Below, in pieces: positions 28,794-37,367 of a stretch of 47,940 nt of DNA (positions are counted from its first letter, which is position 1; every line of letters begins with the position of its first letter). Origin of the DNA: an uncultured Acutalibacter sp. (GTDB lineage: Bacteria > Bacillota > Clostridia > Oscillospirales > Acutalibacteraceae); contig CAZYLJ010000001.1 in NCBI GenBank assembly GCA_964648555.1, positions 1 through 47,940 on the forward strand, written 5' to 3'. The position numbers and the translations under genes are program-made. The notes under the pieces are model-generated. The model worked only from the letters and a program-made list of their open reading frames with translations. It made no database searches and was not told where the DNA came from.

Positions 28794-29058
28794 TTTCCCG
28801 CTCCTCTCCCGCCGTTTGGGCGTCCTTTTCATTGAACCTGCCGGCCACAGTCTCCGGCAGGATGGCCGACAGCACCACCGTGCCGCCGTCCATGATGAGC
28901 ACTGCTTTAGTGCGGCGGCCAAAGGTTGCGTCGATCAAAATGCCCTTGTCCCTGGCCTCCTGCACAATGCGCTTGATAGGAGCGGAATCCGGGCTGACCA
29001 CGGCCACCACCTTTCCGGCGGAAACCATATTGCCAAAGCCGATGTTGATAAGGCGCAA
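28786..29058 (-). CDS. remA: RemA/DUF370 family regulator
   Basis: [32 protein letters not shown]; yloC-remA-gmk-rpoZ order. Confidence 0.95.
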   Translation of the reverse strand: MRLINIGFGNMVSAGKVVAVVSPDSAPIKRIVQEARDKGILIDATFGRRTKAVLIMDGGTVVLSAILPETVAGRFNEKDAQTAGEERENE

Positions 29059-29079
29059 GGGGATCGCCTCCCTTTCTGT

Positions 29080-29967
29080 TTATTCCACGTTCTGTACCTG
29101 TTCCCGGATCTTTTCGATCTCAGCCTTCAAGTCCACCACGCAGTACGCGATCTTCGAATTGACGGACTTGGAGCCGATGGTGTTGGCCTCCCGGTTCATC
29201 TCCTGTACCAGAAAGTCGATCTTTCTGCCCACAGGCTCCTCCGCTTCCAGCAAAGCGTGCAGCTGCCTGATATGGCTGCGCAGGCGGACGGTCTCCTCAT
29301 CTACGGCGACCTTGTCGGCGAACACGGCCACCTCTGTCAGCACACGCTGCTCGTCAAACCGGTTGTCGCCCAAAAGCTCCTCGATCTTCTCCTTCAGCCG
29401 CGACTGGTACTCTTTGATGGTCTCCGGGGTGGTCTCCTCCACCTTGCCGACCAGGGCTTCGATATTGCCCGCCTTTTGCAGAATATCCGCCTTCAGCCGT
29501 TCTCCCTCCGCCCCGCGCATGGCGAGGAAGGAATCGAGCGCCGGTTCGGCGGCGGCCTGCACCGCCTGCCAGACCTCGTCCTCGTTCTCCGGGGCCTTGC
29601 TCACGGAAAGGAGGTCCGGGTACCGGGTGAGCAGCGACAGGGTAACATCATCCCGCAGGTCGTACCTGTCCTTCATCTCCCGCAGGGCCTTGACATACGC
29701 CCCGGCCAGAGAATCGTTGACCAGCACCTGGACGCCGGCCTCTTCCAGGGCGTCGATTTGAAGATATACATCCACCTTGCCCCGGGATATCCGACTTTGA
29801 ATATAGGCCTTCAGCCTGTCCTCCAAAAACAGGTACCCACGGGGAAGACGGGAATTGAACTCAAAAAACTTGTGGTTGACCGAGCGAATTTCAAATATGA
29901 TATGGCGGCCGCCGGAAACGGTCTCGTTCCGTCCATAGCCGGTCATACTCTTCAGCATATGTGCCAT
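29080..29967 (-). CDS. yicC: YicC/YloC family endoribonuclease
   Basis: KSMTGYG, EIRSVNH, RGKVD, EETVRLRSH, GRKIDFLVQEMNREANTIGSK, IREQVQNVE. Confidence 0.96.
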   Translation of the reverse strand: MAHMLKSMTGYGRNETVSGGRHIIFEIRSVNHKFFEFNSRLPRGYLFLEDRLKAYIQSRISRGKVDVYLQIDALEEAGVQVLVNDSLAGAYVKALREMKDRYDLRDDVTLSLLTRYPDLLSVSKAPENEDEVWQAVQAAAEPALDSFLAMRGAEGERLKADILQKAGNIEALVGKVEETTPETIKEYQSRLKEKIEELLGDNRFDEQRVLTEVAVFADKVAVDEETVRLRSHIRQLHALLEAEEPVGRKIDFLVQEMNREANTIGSKSVNSKIAYCVVDLKAEIEKIREQVQNVE

Positions 29968-30021
29968 CATCTGCCTTCCCGGTGATGTAAATTGAAAATA
30001 GACAAGCTCCACCAAATAAAG

Positions 30022-30050
30022 ATTTTACCATTTCTCGCCGTTCAATGCAA
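30022..30050 (-). promoter_or_regulatory. sigma-A promoter for the yicC-thiN operon
   Basis: TTGCAT-17 nt-TAAAAT with extended -10 TG. Confidence 0.7.
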
Positions 30051-30106
30051 CTAATTTTCCGTTAATTCAAAGAATTTTAAGGATTTTTCAAGAAAGCGCC
30101 GCGCAG

Positions 30107-30138
30107 AAAAGCGTGGCGGGTGAGGCCCCGCCACGCTT
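30107..30138 (-). terminator. Intrinsic terminator
   Basis: AAGCGTGGCGGG/CCCGCCACGCTT 12-bp stem followed by TTTT on the minus strand. Confidence 0.75.
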
Positions 30139-30143
30139 GTTTA

Positions 30144-30527
30144 TCACTCATATTTCACGATGGTGCTCATGGGGGTAAAGGCATGGGAATCGTCCGTTTC
30201 AAACCCCCTGGCCGCGAAGAAGCCGAAAAAATCGGGAAAGGCCGTTTCGATAAATGCCGCGCCGAAATTCTCCCCGTAAGAGGCGGCGGAACGCACCAGC
30301 GTATCGAGGATGAAAGCCTCCTCTCCCTGGGGCTTGCGGGAAAAATCATACCCGATGGCGGTGAGCTTAAGAATACGCAGGACGCCTTTATCAAGCGAAA
30401 CGGCGGCCCAGCCGGTCTCCTCTCCCCGGTCCGTCATCATCAGGACGCGGCGCTCGCCTTCCCCCTCTATTCCATCCAACAGCTTCTTTTCCCGTTCCCG
30501 GTCTTCCATGGGCAGCACCTGTATCAT
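30144..30527 (-). CDS. Hypothetical protein (127 aa), possibly degenerate GNAT fold
   Basis: ATG overlaps the rluB stop (ATGA); C-terminal FFAARGF is reminiscent of GNAT motif B. Confidence 0.7.
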   Translation of the reverse strand: MIQVLPMEDREREKKLLDGIEGEGERRVLMMTDRGEETGWAAVSLDKGVLRILKLTAIGYDFSRKPQGEEAFILDTLVRSAASYGENFGAAFIETAFPDFFGFFAARGFETDDSHAFTPMSTIVKYE

Positions 30528-31276
30528 TGCAACGATCCCTTCCCTTTCTGCCTCTTCCTTGCCTGGGCAAACAGCCCATCGACCTCTTCCTTTGTCAGCT
30601 CCCGGTGCTTTCCCTGCTGCAGCATTCCCAGGCGCACCGGCCCAATGGCCGTCCGCTTCAAGCGGGCCACCTCCAAATGGAGCGCCTCGCACATCTTGCG
30701 TATCTCCCGGTTGCGGCCCTCGTACAGCACGATTTCCAGCACCGCCCGACCGGGCTGCTGCTGCAGCACCCTGACCTTTGCCGGGGCCGTCATCCTGCCG
30801 TCAATCTCCACGCCGGAGGAAAGGCGATTCAGCTGATCTTCCTTGACGCCGGGCCGCACCGTGACCCGGTAGGTCTTTGCCACGTGGGTGCTGGGGTGGG
30901 CCGCAAGGTTGGCAAGCTCCCCGTCGTTGGTCATCAGCAGCAGGCCCTCAGAGTCCTTATCCAGGCGGCCCACAGGGTAGACCCGCTCCGGGATATCCTC
31001 CACCAGCATGGCCACGCAGCGCCTGTCGTGCTCGTCGTGCATGGTGGTGACGAACCCTCTTGGCTTATGCAGGGCAAAATAGACCTTTTCTTCGGACGAA
31101 GAGACCCTTTGCCCGTCCACCGCGATGATGTCTTTGCCGGGAATGGCGCTGTCGCCCAGCTGCGCGGGCATGCCGTTGACCGTCACACGCCCGGCGGCGA
31201 TCAGTTCCTCCGCTTTCCGGCGGGAGGCCACGCCGCAGTCCGCCAATATCTTCTGCACTCTGCTTTTTTCCGACAT
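30524..31276 (-). CDS. rluB: 23S rRNA pseudouridine synthase RluB-like
   Basis: S4 domain (RVQKILADCGVASRRKAE), YPVGRLDKDSEGLLL, EGRNREIR. Confidence 0.92.
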   Translation of the reverse strand: MSEKSRVQKILADCGVASRRKAEELIAAGRVTVNGMPAQLGDSAIPGKDIIAVDGQRVSSSEEKVYFALHKPRGFVTTMHDEHDRRCVAMLVEDIPERVYPVGRLDKDSEGLLLMTNDGELANLAAHPSTHVAKTYRVTVRPGVKEDQLNRLSSGVEIDGRMTAPAKVRVLQQQPGRAVLEIVLYEGRNREIRKMCEALHLEVARLKRTAIGPVRLGMLQQGKHRELTKEEVDGLFAQARKRQKGKGSLQ

Positions 31277-31296
31277 ATCGTTTGTCCCTTCCTCCC

Positions 31297-32445
31297 TTAT
31301 CCGCCCTTACCGAACAGCCGCTCCCAAAAGCCTGGCTCCTTGGGCTGAAAGGGCACGTCCTCATCGGCATAAACCGGCACGCTGTAAATGGGTGTGCCAT
31401 CCAGATAATATTTCAGCTCCCCTACCCTGTCGCCCTGATTTACCGGGGCGTAACAAAAGGTGGGCAGCAGGATCTTCCGTGTCACCCGGCCCGCCGCCTC
31501 CTTTGGCAGGCAGACGGAGCCGCCCTCGCCGCCGGATACCTCCACGTTTTCCGCCGTTCCGCCCACTACCGGCATCTGGGCGGAGAAACCGACGCCGCTG
31601 AAGGAGACGCTCTCCATTCTGGAAAAGCCGTAGTCTAAAAGCTTTGTGTGGTCGTTCCAGTCGTCCGGGGCGTTCAACGTCACTGCGATGAGCGTAACGC
31701 CGTCGCGCTGGGCGGCGGACACAAGGCACCGGCCGGATTTATTGGTAAAGCCGGTCTTCACGCCGATGCAGCCTTCGTATTGGCGCAGGAGTTTGTTGTG
31801 GTTCGTGTAACTCACCCGCTTTTCCGGCTCCAAAAACTCCACCTGGTAGGTGGAGCTGCCGCAAAGGCGCTTAAACCAGTCGTTTTTCAGGGCCTCACGG
31901 GCAAGCAGCGCCATATCCATGGCTGTGGAATAATGCTCCTCGTCATCCAGCCCGGAGGGCGTGACAAAATGGGTGTCCGATAGTCCCATTTCTTCCGCCC
32001 GGCGATTCATGCGCTTGGCAAACTCCTCCTGGGAGCCATCCAGATACAGGGCGGCGGCGTTGGCCGCGTCATTGCCGGAGGCCAAAAGCATCCCGGCCGC
32101 CAAGCTGGAAAGGGTCAATTTGTCGCCTGCCTGCAAACCCATGGAGGAGCCCTCCACCGCCACCATTTCCCCGGTGATGTCCACCGACGGGTCGCCGGAG
32201 CGCTCAGCCTCCTCCAAGGTCAGAAGAGCTGTCATGATCTTCGTGGTGCTGGCCATGGAGCGGCGCTCCGTGCCGTTTTTCTCATACAGCACCGTTCCGG
32301 TATCCGCGGAGAGGAGCACCGCGCTTTCCGCAGACAGGGAAAGAGCGGCATCGTCAGCATTGGCTGCCGGCGCCACAGGGAGCAGGAGCGCCAACGCCGC
32401 CAGGATCGACACTGCCCTCGTTAAATGTTTTCTGAACAAATCCAT
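31297..32445 (-). CDS. dacB: D-alanyl-D-alanine carboxypeptidase (S11), DacB-like
   Basis: Signal peptide, SxxK (STTK), SGN, KTG; scpAB-ytfIJ-dacB context and a sigma-E-like promoter. Confidence 0.85.
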   Translation of the reverse strand: MDLFRKHLTRAVSILAALALLLPVAPAANADDAALSLSAESAVLLSADTGTVLYEKNGTERRSMASTTKIMTALLTLEEAERSGDPSVDITGEMVAVEGSSMGLQAGDKLTLSSLAAGMLLASGNDAANAAALYLDGSQEEFAKRMNRRAEEMGLSDTHFVTPSGLDDEEHYSTAMDMALLAREALKNDWFKRLCGSSTYQVEFLEPEKRVSYTNHNKLLRQYEGCIGVKTGFTNKSGRCLVSAAQRDGVTLIAVTLNAPDDWNDHTKLLDYGFSRMESVSFSGVGFSAQMPVVGGTAENVEVSGGEGGSVCLPKEAAGRVTRKILLPTFCYAPVNQGDRVGELKYYLDGTPIYSVPVYADEDVPFQPKEPGFWERLFGKGG

Positions 32446-32459
32446 CACCGCCTCTGGCA

Positions 32460-32488
32460 TGAATATGCGTCAGGGGCGGCGGAATATG
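32460..32488 (-). promoter_or_regulatory. sigma-E-type promoter for dacB
   Basis: Minus strand CATATT-15 nt-CATATTCA; dacB is sigma-E controlled in B. subtilis. Confidence 0.65.
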
Positions 32489-32491
32489 CGG

Positions 32492-32938
32492 TCAGTCGGT
32501 CTTTTCGGGCGTTTCCGTCTTTGCTTCTTCCGGGGCGGGAGTTTCCTCTTCCGTCTCTCCCTTGCCGTCCTTGCGGAACAGCGCTGTGATCTTATCCACC
32601 ACCTCGGGCACCTTTTCCAGAGCGCGATCCACCGGAGTGGTGTAGGGCTCGATCTGCAAAATGCGCACGCTGCCGTTGGAGATTGCCAAAAAAGCGATGG
32701 GGACGATAGTGACCCCAATGCCGCTGCCGCCGCCGAAAAGGCCGGAGGCCGGCTGGCTCTTGGAGGGCAGGTCGGACCCGCCGGAGGCAAAGCCGTAGCT
32801 CACCCGGGAAATGGGGATGACAGTGGTACCATCCGGGGTAGAGATGGGCTCACCGATGACGGTATCCGTATCCACCAACTGCTTAACCTTTTCCATGGTC
32901 ACGTTCAAGACCTCGTTTACTTTGCTGCTGTCACTCAT
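32492..32938 (-). CDS. ytfJ: Sporulation protein YtfJ/GerW family
   Basis: VDTDTVIGEPI, VIPISRVSYGFASGGSD, FGGGSGIGVTIVPIAFL. Confidence 0.93.
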   Translation of the reverse strand: MSDSSKVNEVLNVTMEKVKQLVDTDTVIGEPISTPDGTTVIPISRVSYGFASGGSDLPSKSQPASGLFGGGSGIGVTIVPIAFLAISNGSVRILQIEPYTTPVDRALEKVPEVVDKITALFRKDGKGETEEETPAPEEAKTETPEKTD

Positions 32939-33590
32939 TGACGCTCACCTTTCCTTTCAGCTTCGTTTTTGGCCCGCCGGCGCCAAGCAGCTTTCTCAAC
33001 ACCGGGAAGCCCTTTATCAGAAGAGAGAGACCCTCTTTCAATACGGACAGGGGACGGACGGACACCCTGGCGGAAAAGTCAACCAGGTTTTCAGGGGCGC
33101 TGTAGTCCAGATCGACAGTGACGGCCTTCCTCTTGCAATTTGTCATTCCAAACAACACCCCGCAGGCGGAATACACCGCCCCGGAAAGCTGACCATACAG
33201 TGTGGCCGCCGCAGCGGCGTCCTCTTTGCCGCCCACGCATAAATACAGGTCGAACCGCCGCCATTTCATGCTGGCAATGATATTCTTCCCGGTATTCGCC
33301 GCCATCCTTGCAAGCTGGAACAGCGAATCCAAAAAGCCAGAGAATCCCATGCTGTGCAGGATCGCCTTCAGCTTTTCCAGGGATCCTTCGCCCTCCTTCT
33401 TTTTCTTTGACGGCTCCTCCTTCTTCTCTTCTTTCGGCTTTTCCTTTCCGGGCAGCAGGCGGATGCGCAGAAATAAATAGCGCAGCGTCAGGGAAAATTC
33501 CTGCCGGAAGCCAACGTCAAAGGAAACCGGGCAGAGCAGCAGCAAAAAGAGAAAAAGCAGCACGCCAAGGACAATGAACAGCGCGGTCAT
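32931..33590 (-). CDS. DUF2953 / YtfI-like membrane protein
   Basis: N-terminal TM segment, EDAAAAATLYG motif, directly upstream of ytfJ. Confidence 0.8.
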   Translation of the reverse strand: MTALFIVLGVLLFLFLLLLCPVSFDVGFRQEFSLTLRYLFLRIRLLPGKEKPKEEKKEEPSKKKKEGEGSLEKLKAILHSMGFSGFLDSLFQLARMAANTGKNIIASMKWRRFDLYLCVGGKEDAAAAATLYGQLSGAVYSACGVLFGMTNCKRKAVTVDLDYSAPENLVDFSARVSVRPLSVLKEGLSLLIKGFPVLRKLLGAGGPKTKLKGKVSVNE

Positions 33591-34117
33591 GGTTCTTCCT
33601 CCGCGTCACGGCTGGGGGGCGGCGGCAGTTCTTCAATGGAGGAAAGCTGGAAGCACCGCAGAAAGTTTTCCGTGGTGCCGTAAAGCAGCGGCCTGCCGGG
33701 CAGCTCCAGTCTGCCGCGCTCCTCCAAAAGGCCCTTCTGCACCAGGCTTCCGATCACGCCGGAGCAGTCCACACCCCGCACCTGCTCCACAAAGGCCTTC
33801 GTCACCGGCTGGTTGTAGGCGATGACGGCCAAAACCTCCAGCGCCGCCTGGGACAGGGGCACGTTCCGTTTTAAGTCCAGGGCCTCCCGCACAGGGGTGA
33901 TATAGGCGGGGTTGGTGCAGAACTGGGCGGTATTTTCCAGCCGCAAAAGATGAATGCCGCTTTGAGGCGTATTGTACTTCTCCTGCAGAACGTCCACCGA
34001 CTCTTCCACAGAGTAGGTGCGCACTCCTAAAACCTGGGCCACACGCTCTAAAGCCATGGGCTCTCCGCTGGCAAACAGGATGGCTTCAATCCTTCCCAGC
34101 AGCTCTTCCCGTTCCAT
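33587..34117 (-). CDS. scpB: SMC-Scp complex subunit ScpB
   Basis: IEAILFASGEP, LSQAALEVLAVIAYNQPVT, VRGVD, PGRPLLYGTTENFL. Confidence 0.97.
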   Translation of the reverse strand: MEREELLGRIEAILFASGEPMALERVAQVLGVRTYSVEESVDVLQEKYNTPQSGIHLLRLENTAQFCTNPAYITPVREALDLKRNVPLSQAALEVLAVIAYNQPVTKAFVEQVRGVDCSGVIGSLVQKGLLEERGRLELPGRPLLYGTTENFLRCFQLSSIEELPPPPSRDAEEEP

Positions 34118-34823
34118 GCGCCTTCCCCCTTTCCAACAGTCTTACCTCACAACTCTCCCCTTCGCCCTCAACCCGGATGCGGCGGTTCTTGACAAGCTCC
34201 AGCACTGCCAAAAACGCAGCCACCCGCTCAGAGCGGTCAGCCTTGCCCTGAAACAGCGCGGAAAAGGCAAGGCGCTTGTATTTCCAAAGCTTCCGCAGGA
34301 CGAACACCGTCTGCGAGGCCACGGAGACCACCTTCCCGGAAACCAGGGCGGAAAAGCTTTCTGGCTTTGGAGGCAGCAGGCTCTTCCCCTTTCCCCAGGC
34401 GGCGGTCAGCGCCTGCAAAAGCTCCTGGGGCATGTGCTTTCTGTGATAGGTCATGTCCACGGGGATAGCCTCAGCCTCCCGCACAACGGTATCAAAGCTC
34501 GAACGTCTGCCCAGCGCCAGCGCGGCCTCCTTGCACTGCTGGTATTCCAGCAGCTGGCCGGTCAGCTCCATACGCGGATCCTCGTCCTCCTGCCGGGGCA
34601 AGAGGGACGCCGCCTTAATCTGCACCAGGCGGGCGGCCATTTCCAAAAACTCGCTGGCAACATCCATGTCGGCCTCACGCATCAGGTCGATCTGCTCCAT
34701 GTACTGGTCCAGCAGCTCCGCGATGGGGATGTCGTAAATATTCAGCTTGTTCTTGGCGATGAGGGCCAGCAAAAGGTCTAACGGGCCCTCGAACACCTCC
34801 AGTTTATATTGCAGCTTCTCCAT
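34086..34823 (-). CDS. scpA: Segregation/condensation protein A
   Basis: FEGPLDLLLALI, SEFLEMAARLVQIK, FLAVLEL. Confidence 0.97.
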   Translation of the reverse strand: MEKLQYKLEVFEGPLDLLLALIAKNKLNIYDIPIAELLDQYMEQIDLMREADMDVASEFLEMAARLVQIKAASLLPRQEDEDPRMELTGQLLEYQQCKEAALALGRRSSFDTVVREAEAIPVDMTYHRKHMPQELLQALTAAWGKGKSLLPPKPESFSALVSGKVVSVASQTVFVLRKLWKYKRLAFSALFQGKADRSERVAAFLAVLELVKNRRIRVEGEGESCEVRLLERGKAHGTGRAAGKD

Positions 34824-34827
34824 AGGC

Positions 34828-35523
34828 TCAGAGGACTCCGGCCAGCTTGAAGGGGAACTCTGCCACGGTAAAGACGATGCGGGAGAAGAAGCTTTGCACC
34901 GTATACAGCGGCCCGGACAGCGCCCCGGTTGCCAGCAGGAGCAGCAGCGCTATGGAAAGAATGTTCTGATAGCGGTACAGGGTGGACATGGCCCGGTCGC
35001 TCAAGAAGGCGGCCAAAATGCGGGAACCATCCAGAGGCGGAATGGGAATAAGATTGAACACCGCCAGGGAGATGTTGACCACCACATAATAGTAAAAGAC
35101 GTTAAACACAAAGGAGGTGAAGCCGTTATAGGGGGCGAAGGCCTCCATCAAGGCCACCAGCACCGCGCCCACCAGCGCCGCCAGAAGATTGGAAATGGGC
35201 CCGGCCAGGGCGGTAATGGCCATGTCACGCTTGGGCTTTTTGAAGTAGCGGGAATCCACGGGCACAGGCTTGGCCCAGCCAAAGCCCACAAACAGCAGCG
35301 CCAAAGAGCCCACGATATCCACGCTGGCAAGGGGATTCAAGGTCAGGCGGCCCTCCAGCTTGGCGGTGGGGTCGCCCAGCTTATTGGCCGTCCAGCCGTG
35401 GGCATATTCGTGTAAGGGCAGAATGCAGAAAATGACAAACAACACAGACAGTGTCTGGGCCAAAAGTGACCAGATATCCACCTCTCCGCCGGAAAGCAAT
35501 GTCCTGATTGCACTGAAAAGCAT
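34828..35523 (-). CDS. Site-2 protease family protein (M50, YwhC-like)
   Basis: HEYAH, GDPTAK..GRLTLNP, GWAKPVP, LAGP, FNLIPIPPLDGS. Confidence 0.93.
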   Translation of the reverse strand: MLFSAIRTLLSGGEVDIWSLLAQTLSVLFVIFCILPLHEYAHGWTANKLGDPTAKLEGRLTLNPLASVDIVGSLALLFVGFGWAKPVPVDSRYFKKPKRDMAITALAGPISNLLAALVGAVLVALMEAFAPYNGFTSFVFNVFYYYVVVNISLAVFNLIPIPPLDGSRILAAFLSDRAMSTLYRYQNILSIALLLLLATGALSGPLYTVQSFFSRIVFTVAEFPFKLAGVL

Positions 35524-35548
35524 AACGCGCCTCCTAACTGTTACTAGG

Positions 35549-35577
35549 ATTATAAACGATTTCTCGGAAAAACACAA
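35549..35577 (-). promoter_or_regulatory. sigma-A promoter for the S2P-scpAB operon
   Basis: TTGTGT-17 nt-TATAAT, divergent from the rpmB promoter. Confidence 0.55.
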
Positions 35578-35594
35578 TTCTTTTCAAAAAAAAC

Positions 35595-35623
35595 TTGCAA
35601 TTTGTTCAGAAGTCTGTTATAAT
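35595..35623 (+). promoter_or_regulatory. sigma-A promoter for rpmB
   Basis: TTGCAA-17 nt-TATAAT with extended -10 TG and an upstream A tract. Confidence 0.8.
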
Positions 35624-35671
35624 TCTTTTCGTTGTAAATTTGGTAATTGTGCGATGCAAGGAGGTATAAAT

Positions 35672-35860
35672 ATGGCAAAATGTGAATTCTGCGGCAAGGA
35701 TGTTTCCTTCGGCATTCGGGTGTCCCACTCCCACAGGCGTTCCAACAGGGTCTGGAAGCCCAATATCAAGCGTGTCAAGGCGGTCGTTAACGGCACCCCG
35801 AAGCGCGTGTACGCCTGCACCCGCTGCCTGCGTTCCGGCAAAGTGACCCGCGCTGTTTAA
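35672..35860 (+). CDS. rpmB: 50S ribosomal protein L28
   Basis: MAKCEFCGK..VSHSHRRSNRVWKPN..CTRCLRSGKV; AGGAGG RBS; Zn-binding (C+) form. Confidence 0.97.
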   Translation: MAKCEFCGKDVSFGIRVSHSHRRSNRVWKPNIKRVKAVVNGTPKRVYACTRCLRSGKVTRAV

Positions 35861-35876
35861 GAAAATTAAAAATCTC

Positions 35877-35912
35877 TGGGGCGTCCTCCGCAAGGAAGGC
35901 GCCCCAATTTTT
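35877..35912 (+). terminator. Intrinsic terminator between convergent rpmB and GNAT
   Basis: TGGGGCGTC..GGCGCCCCA hairpin followed by ATTTTTT. Confidence 0.7.
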
Positions 35913-35915
35913 TGC

Positions 35916-36371
35916 CTAAATGAAACCGCCGATATTGCACACATAAACCATTTCTGTCATATTATCCTCGACAAGCCCCGTTTCCTCAAACCCGACAGAT
36001 TCGTATAGACGCTTTGCCGCTTCATTGCCCAGGAGGACTCCGGTATATATTTCACTCGCATTGAATTTCCCTCTTAAATACGCAATTCCACGCAGCAGTG
36101 CTTCTCTTCCGTATCCCTGTTTCTGATATCGCCTATCGATCAGAAATTTCCACAGCGTATATTGGTTCCTGGATTTATAATAGCCCAACATGATAAATCC
36201 AACCAAAGCATTGTCGGCATAGATTGCAAAAGGAAACGCGGTTTCACGATAGACATATGCCTGCGCCAAAGCATGCGCAGTTGACGAAACAAATTTATCC
36301 TGGTATTCAAATATCCGTAAATTTAACACATCATCCAGATTGGCCGATGTGATCTCTCTAAGCTCAATCAT
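35916..36371 (-). CDS. GNAT acetyltransferase (BltD/polyamine acetyltransferase-like)
   Basis: FLIDRRYQKQGYG (motif A), NEAAKRLYESVGF (motif B); AGGAG RBS. Confidence 0.9.
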   Translation of the reverse strand: MIELREITSANLDDVLNLRIFEYQDKFVSSTAHALAQAYVYRETAFPFAIYADNALVGFIMLGYYKSRNQYTLWKFLIDRRYQKQGYGREALLRGIAYLRGKFNASEIYTGVLLGNEAAKRLYESVGFEETGLVEDNMTEMVYVCNIGGFI

Positions 36372-36466
36372 ATTACTGCTCCTATAGTTTCTGATCGGCA
36401 AGCCGCTTTACCGGCCAAATGACAAAGGGGACTCCTTTATGCACTCTTCCCATTCAGCTTTTGGTT

Positions 36467-37348
36467 TTATCCAAAGGGCCGATTTTTGGTCAGCAGCGCC
36501 AGCTTTTCGTCTGTCAGCGCATTTTCCTTCTGACCAATGATGAGCGCCAGGGCCAGATCCTGGGCATTGTCAAAGAGGTCGAAAAAGCTTTCGGTGCGCT
36601 CCTCCTCCCCGGCTGTCCAGGGGTTGTTCAGGGAATTTGCGTAATCGATGTCGTCACGCTCCGTCATGGGCACGATGTGGGAGGAAACAAAGCTGGGCTT
36701 CCCCTTTTCCACCACGTCGAACAGGCGTTTTTTCAGGCCTGTGCGGTCGGTGGTGCAGCCAAAGACGAACCGGGCGTCCTGGGTGGCGCGGTAAAGCTCG
36801 TCCTCGGAAACATCCTCGTCGAAGGCCCGGAAGATCATATCCCTATACAGCCTGGCAATGCGGCGCTGGACGGCCTCATTTCTGGGGAAGGTCTTCCCCC
36901 ACGCGCCCTCGCTGGGCAGCTTGCCCGTCTCTCTCCGCAGCATGATGGCGTCCAGGGCGGATTCGATCTCCCCATGCATGGTGCCGGGGGTCTCCTCGGG
37001 GCGCTGTCCGGCAAGCTCATTCGCCAGGAAATTGATGTACGGGTGGGAAAGGGAATCCAGCGCGTAATGGCAGAAAAATCCCCAGGCATAGTCCCGGTAG
37101 CCCTCGCCGCCGTGATCTTTCAAAAAATCCCGCAGGGCACCCAGGGTCTTGAGCGGGTCCGCGCTGTGGATGGCGTTGCCCCAGCTTTTCAGGCTTTTTC
37201 CGCCCATCCAGGGAAAAAAGCGGTGGCAGAACAGGAAGTCCGGCCCCTGGGCACCCCAGGCAAAGGCCTCCGGCTCCGGCCGGCCGTCTTCCGGCAGGCG
37301 ATCAAAAACCTTTTGGGCAAATAAGTAATGTGTCATTCTTGCCGGCAT
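36467..37348 (-). CDS. Zinc-dependent phospholipase C / S1-P1-like family protein
   Basis: MPxxxTH, GAQGPD, GFFCHYALDSLSHPYI, HGEIE..LD Zn-ligand pattern. Confidence 0.85.
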   Translation of the reverse strand: MPARMTHYLFAQKVFDRLPEDGRPEPEAFAWGAQGPDFLFCHRFFPWMGGKSLKSWGNAIHSADPLKTLGALRDFLKDHGGEGYRDYAWGFFCHYALDSLSHPYINFLANELAGQRPEETPGTMHGEIESALDAIMLRRETGKLPSEGAWGKTFPRNEAVQRRIARLYRDMIFRAFDEDVSEDELYRATQDARFVFGCTTDRTGLKKRLFDVVEKGKPSFVSSHIVPMTERDDIDYANSLNNPWTAGEEERTESFFDLFDNAQDLALALIIGQKENALTDEKLALLTKNRPFG

Positions 37349-37367
37349 AAGATTTCCTCCCTCATAT

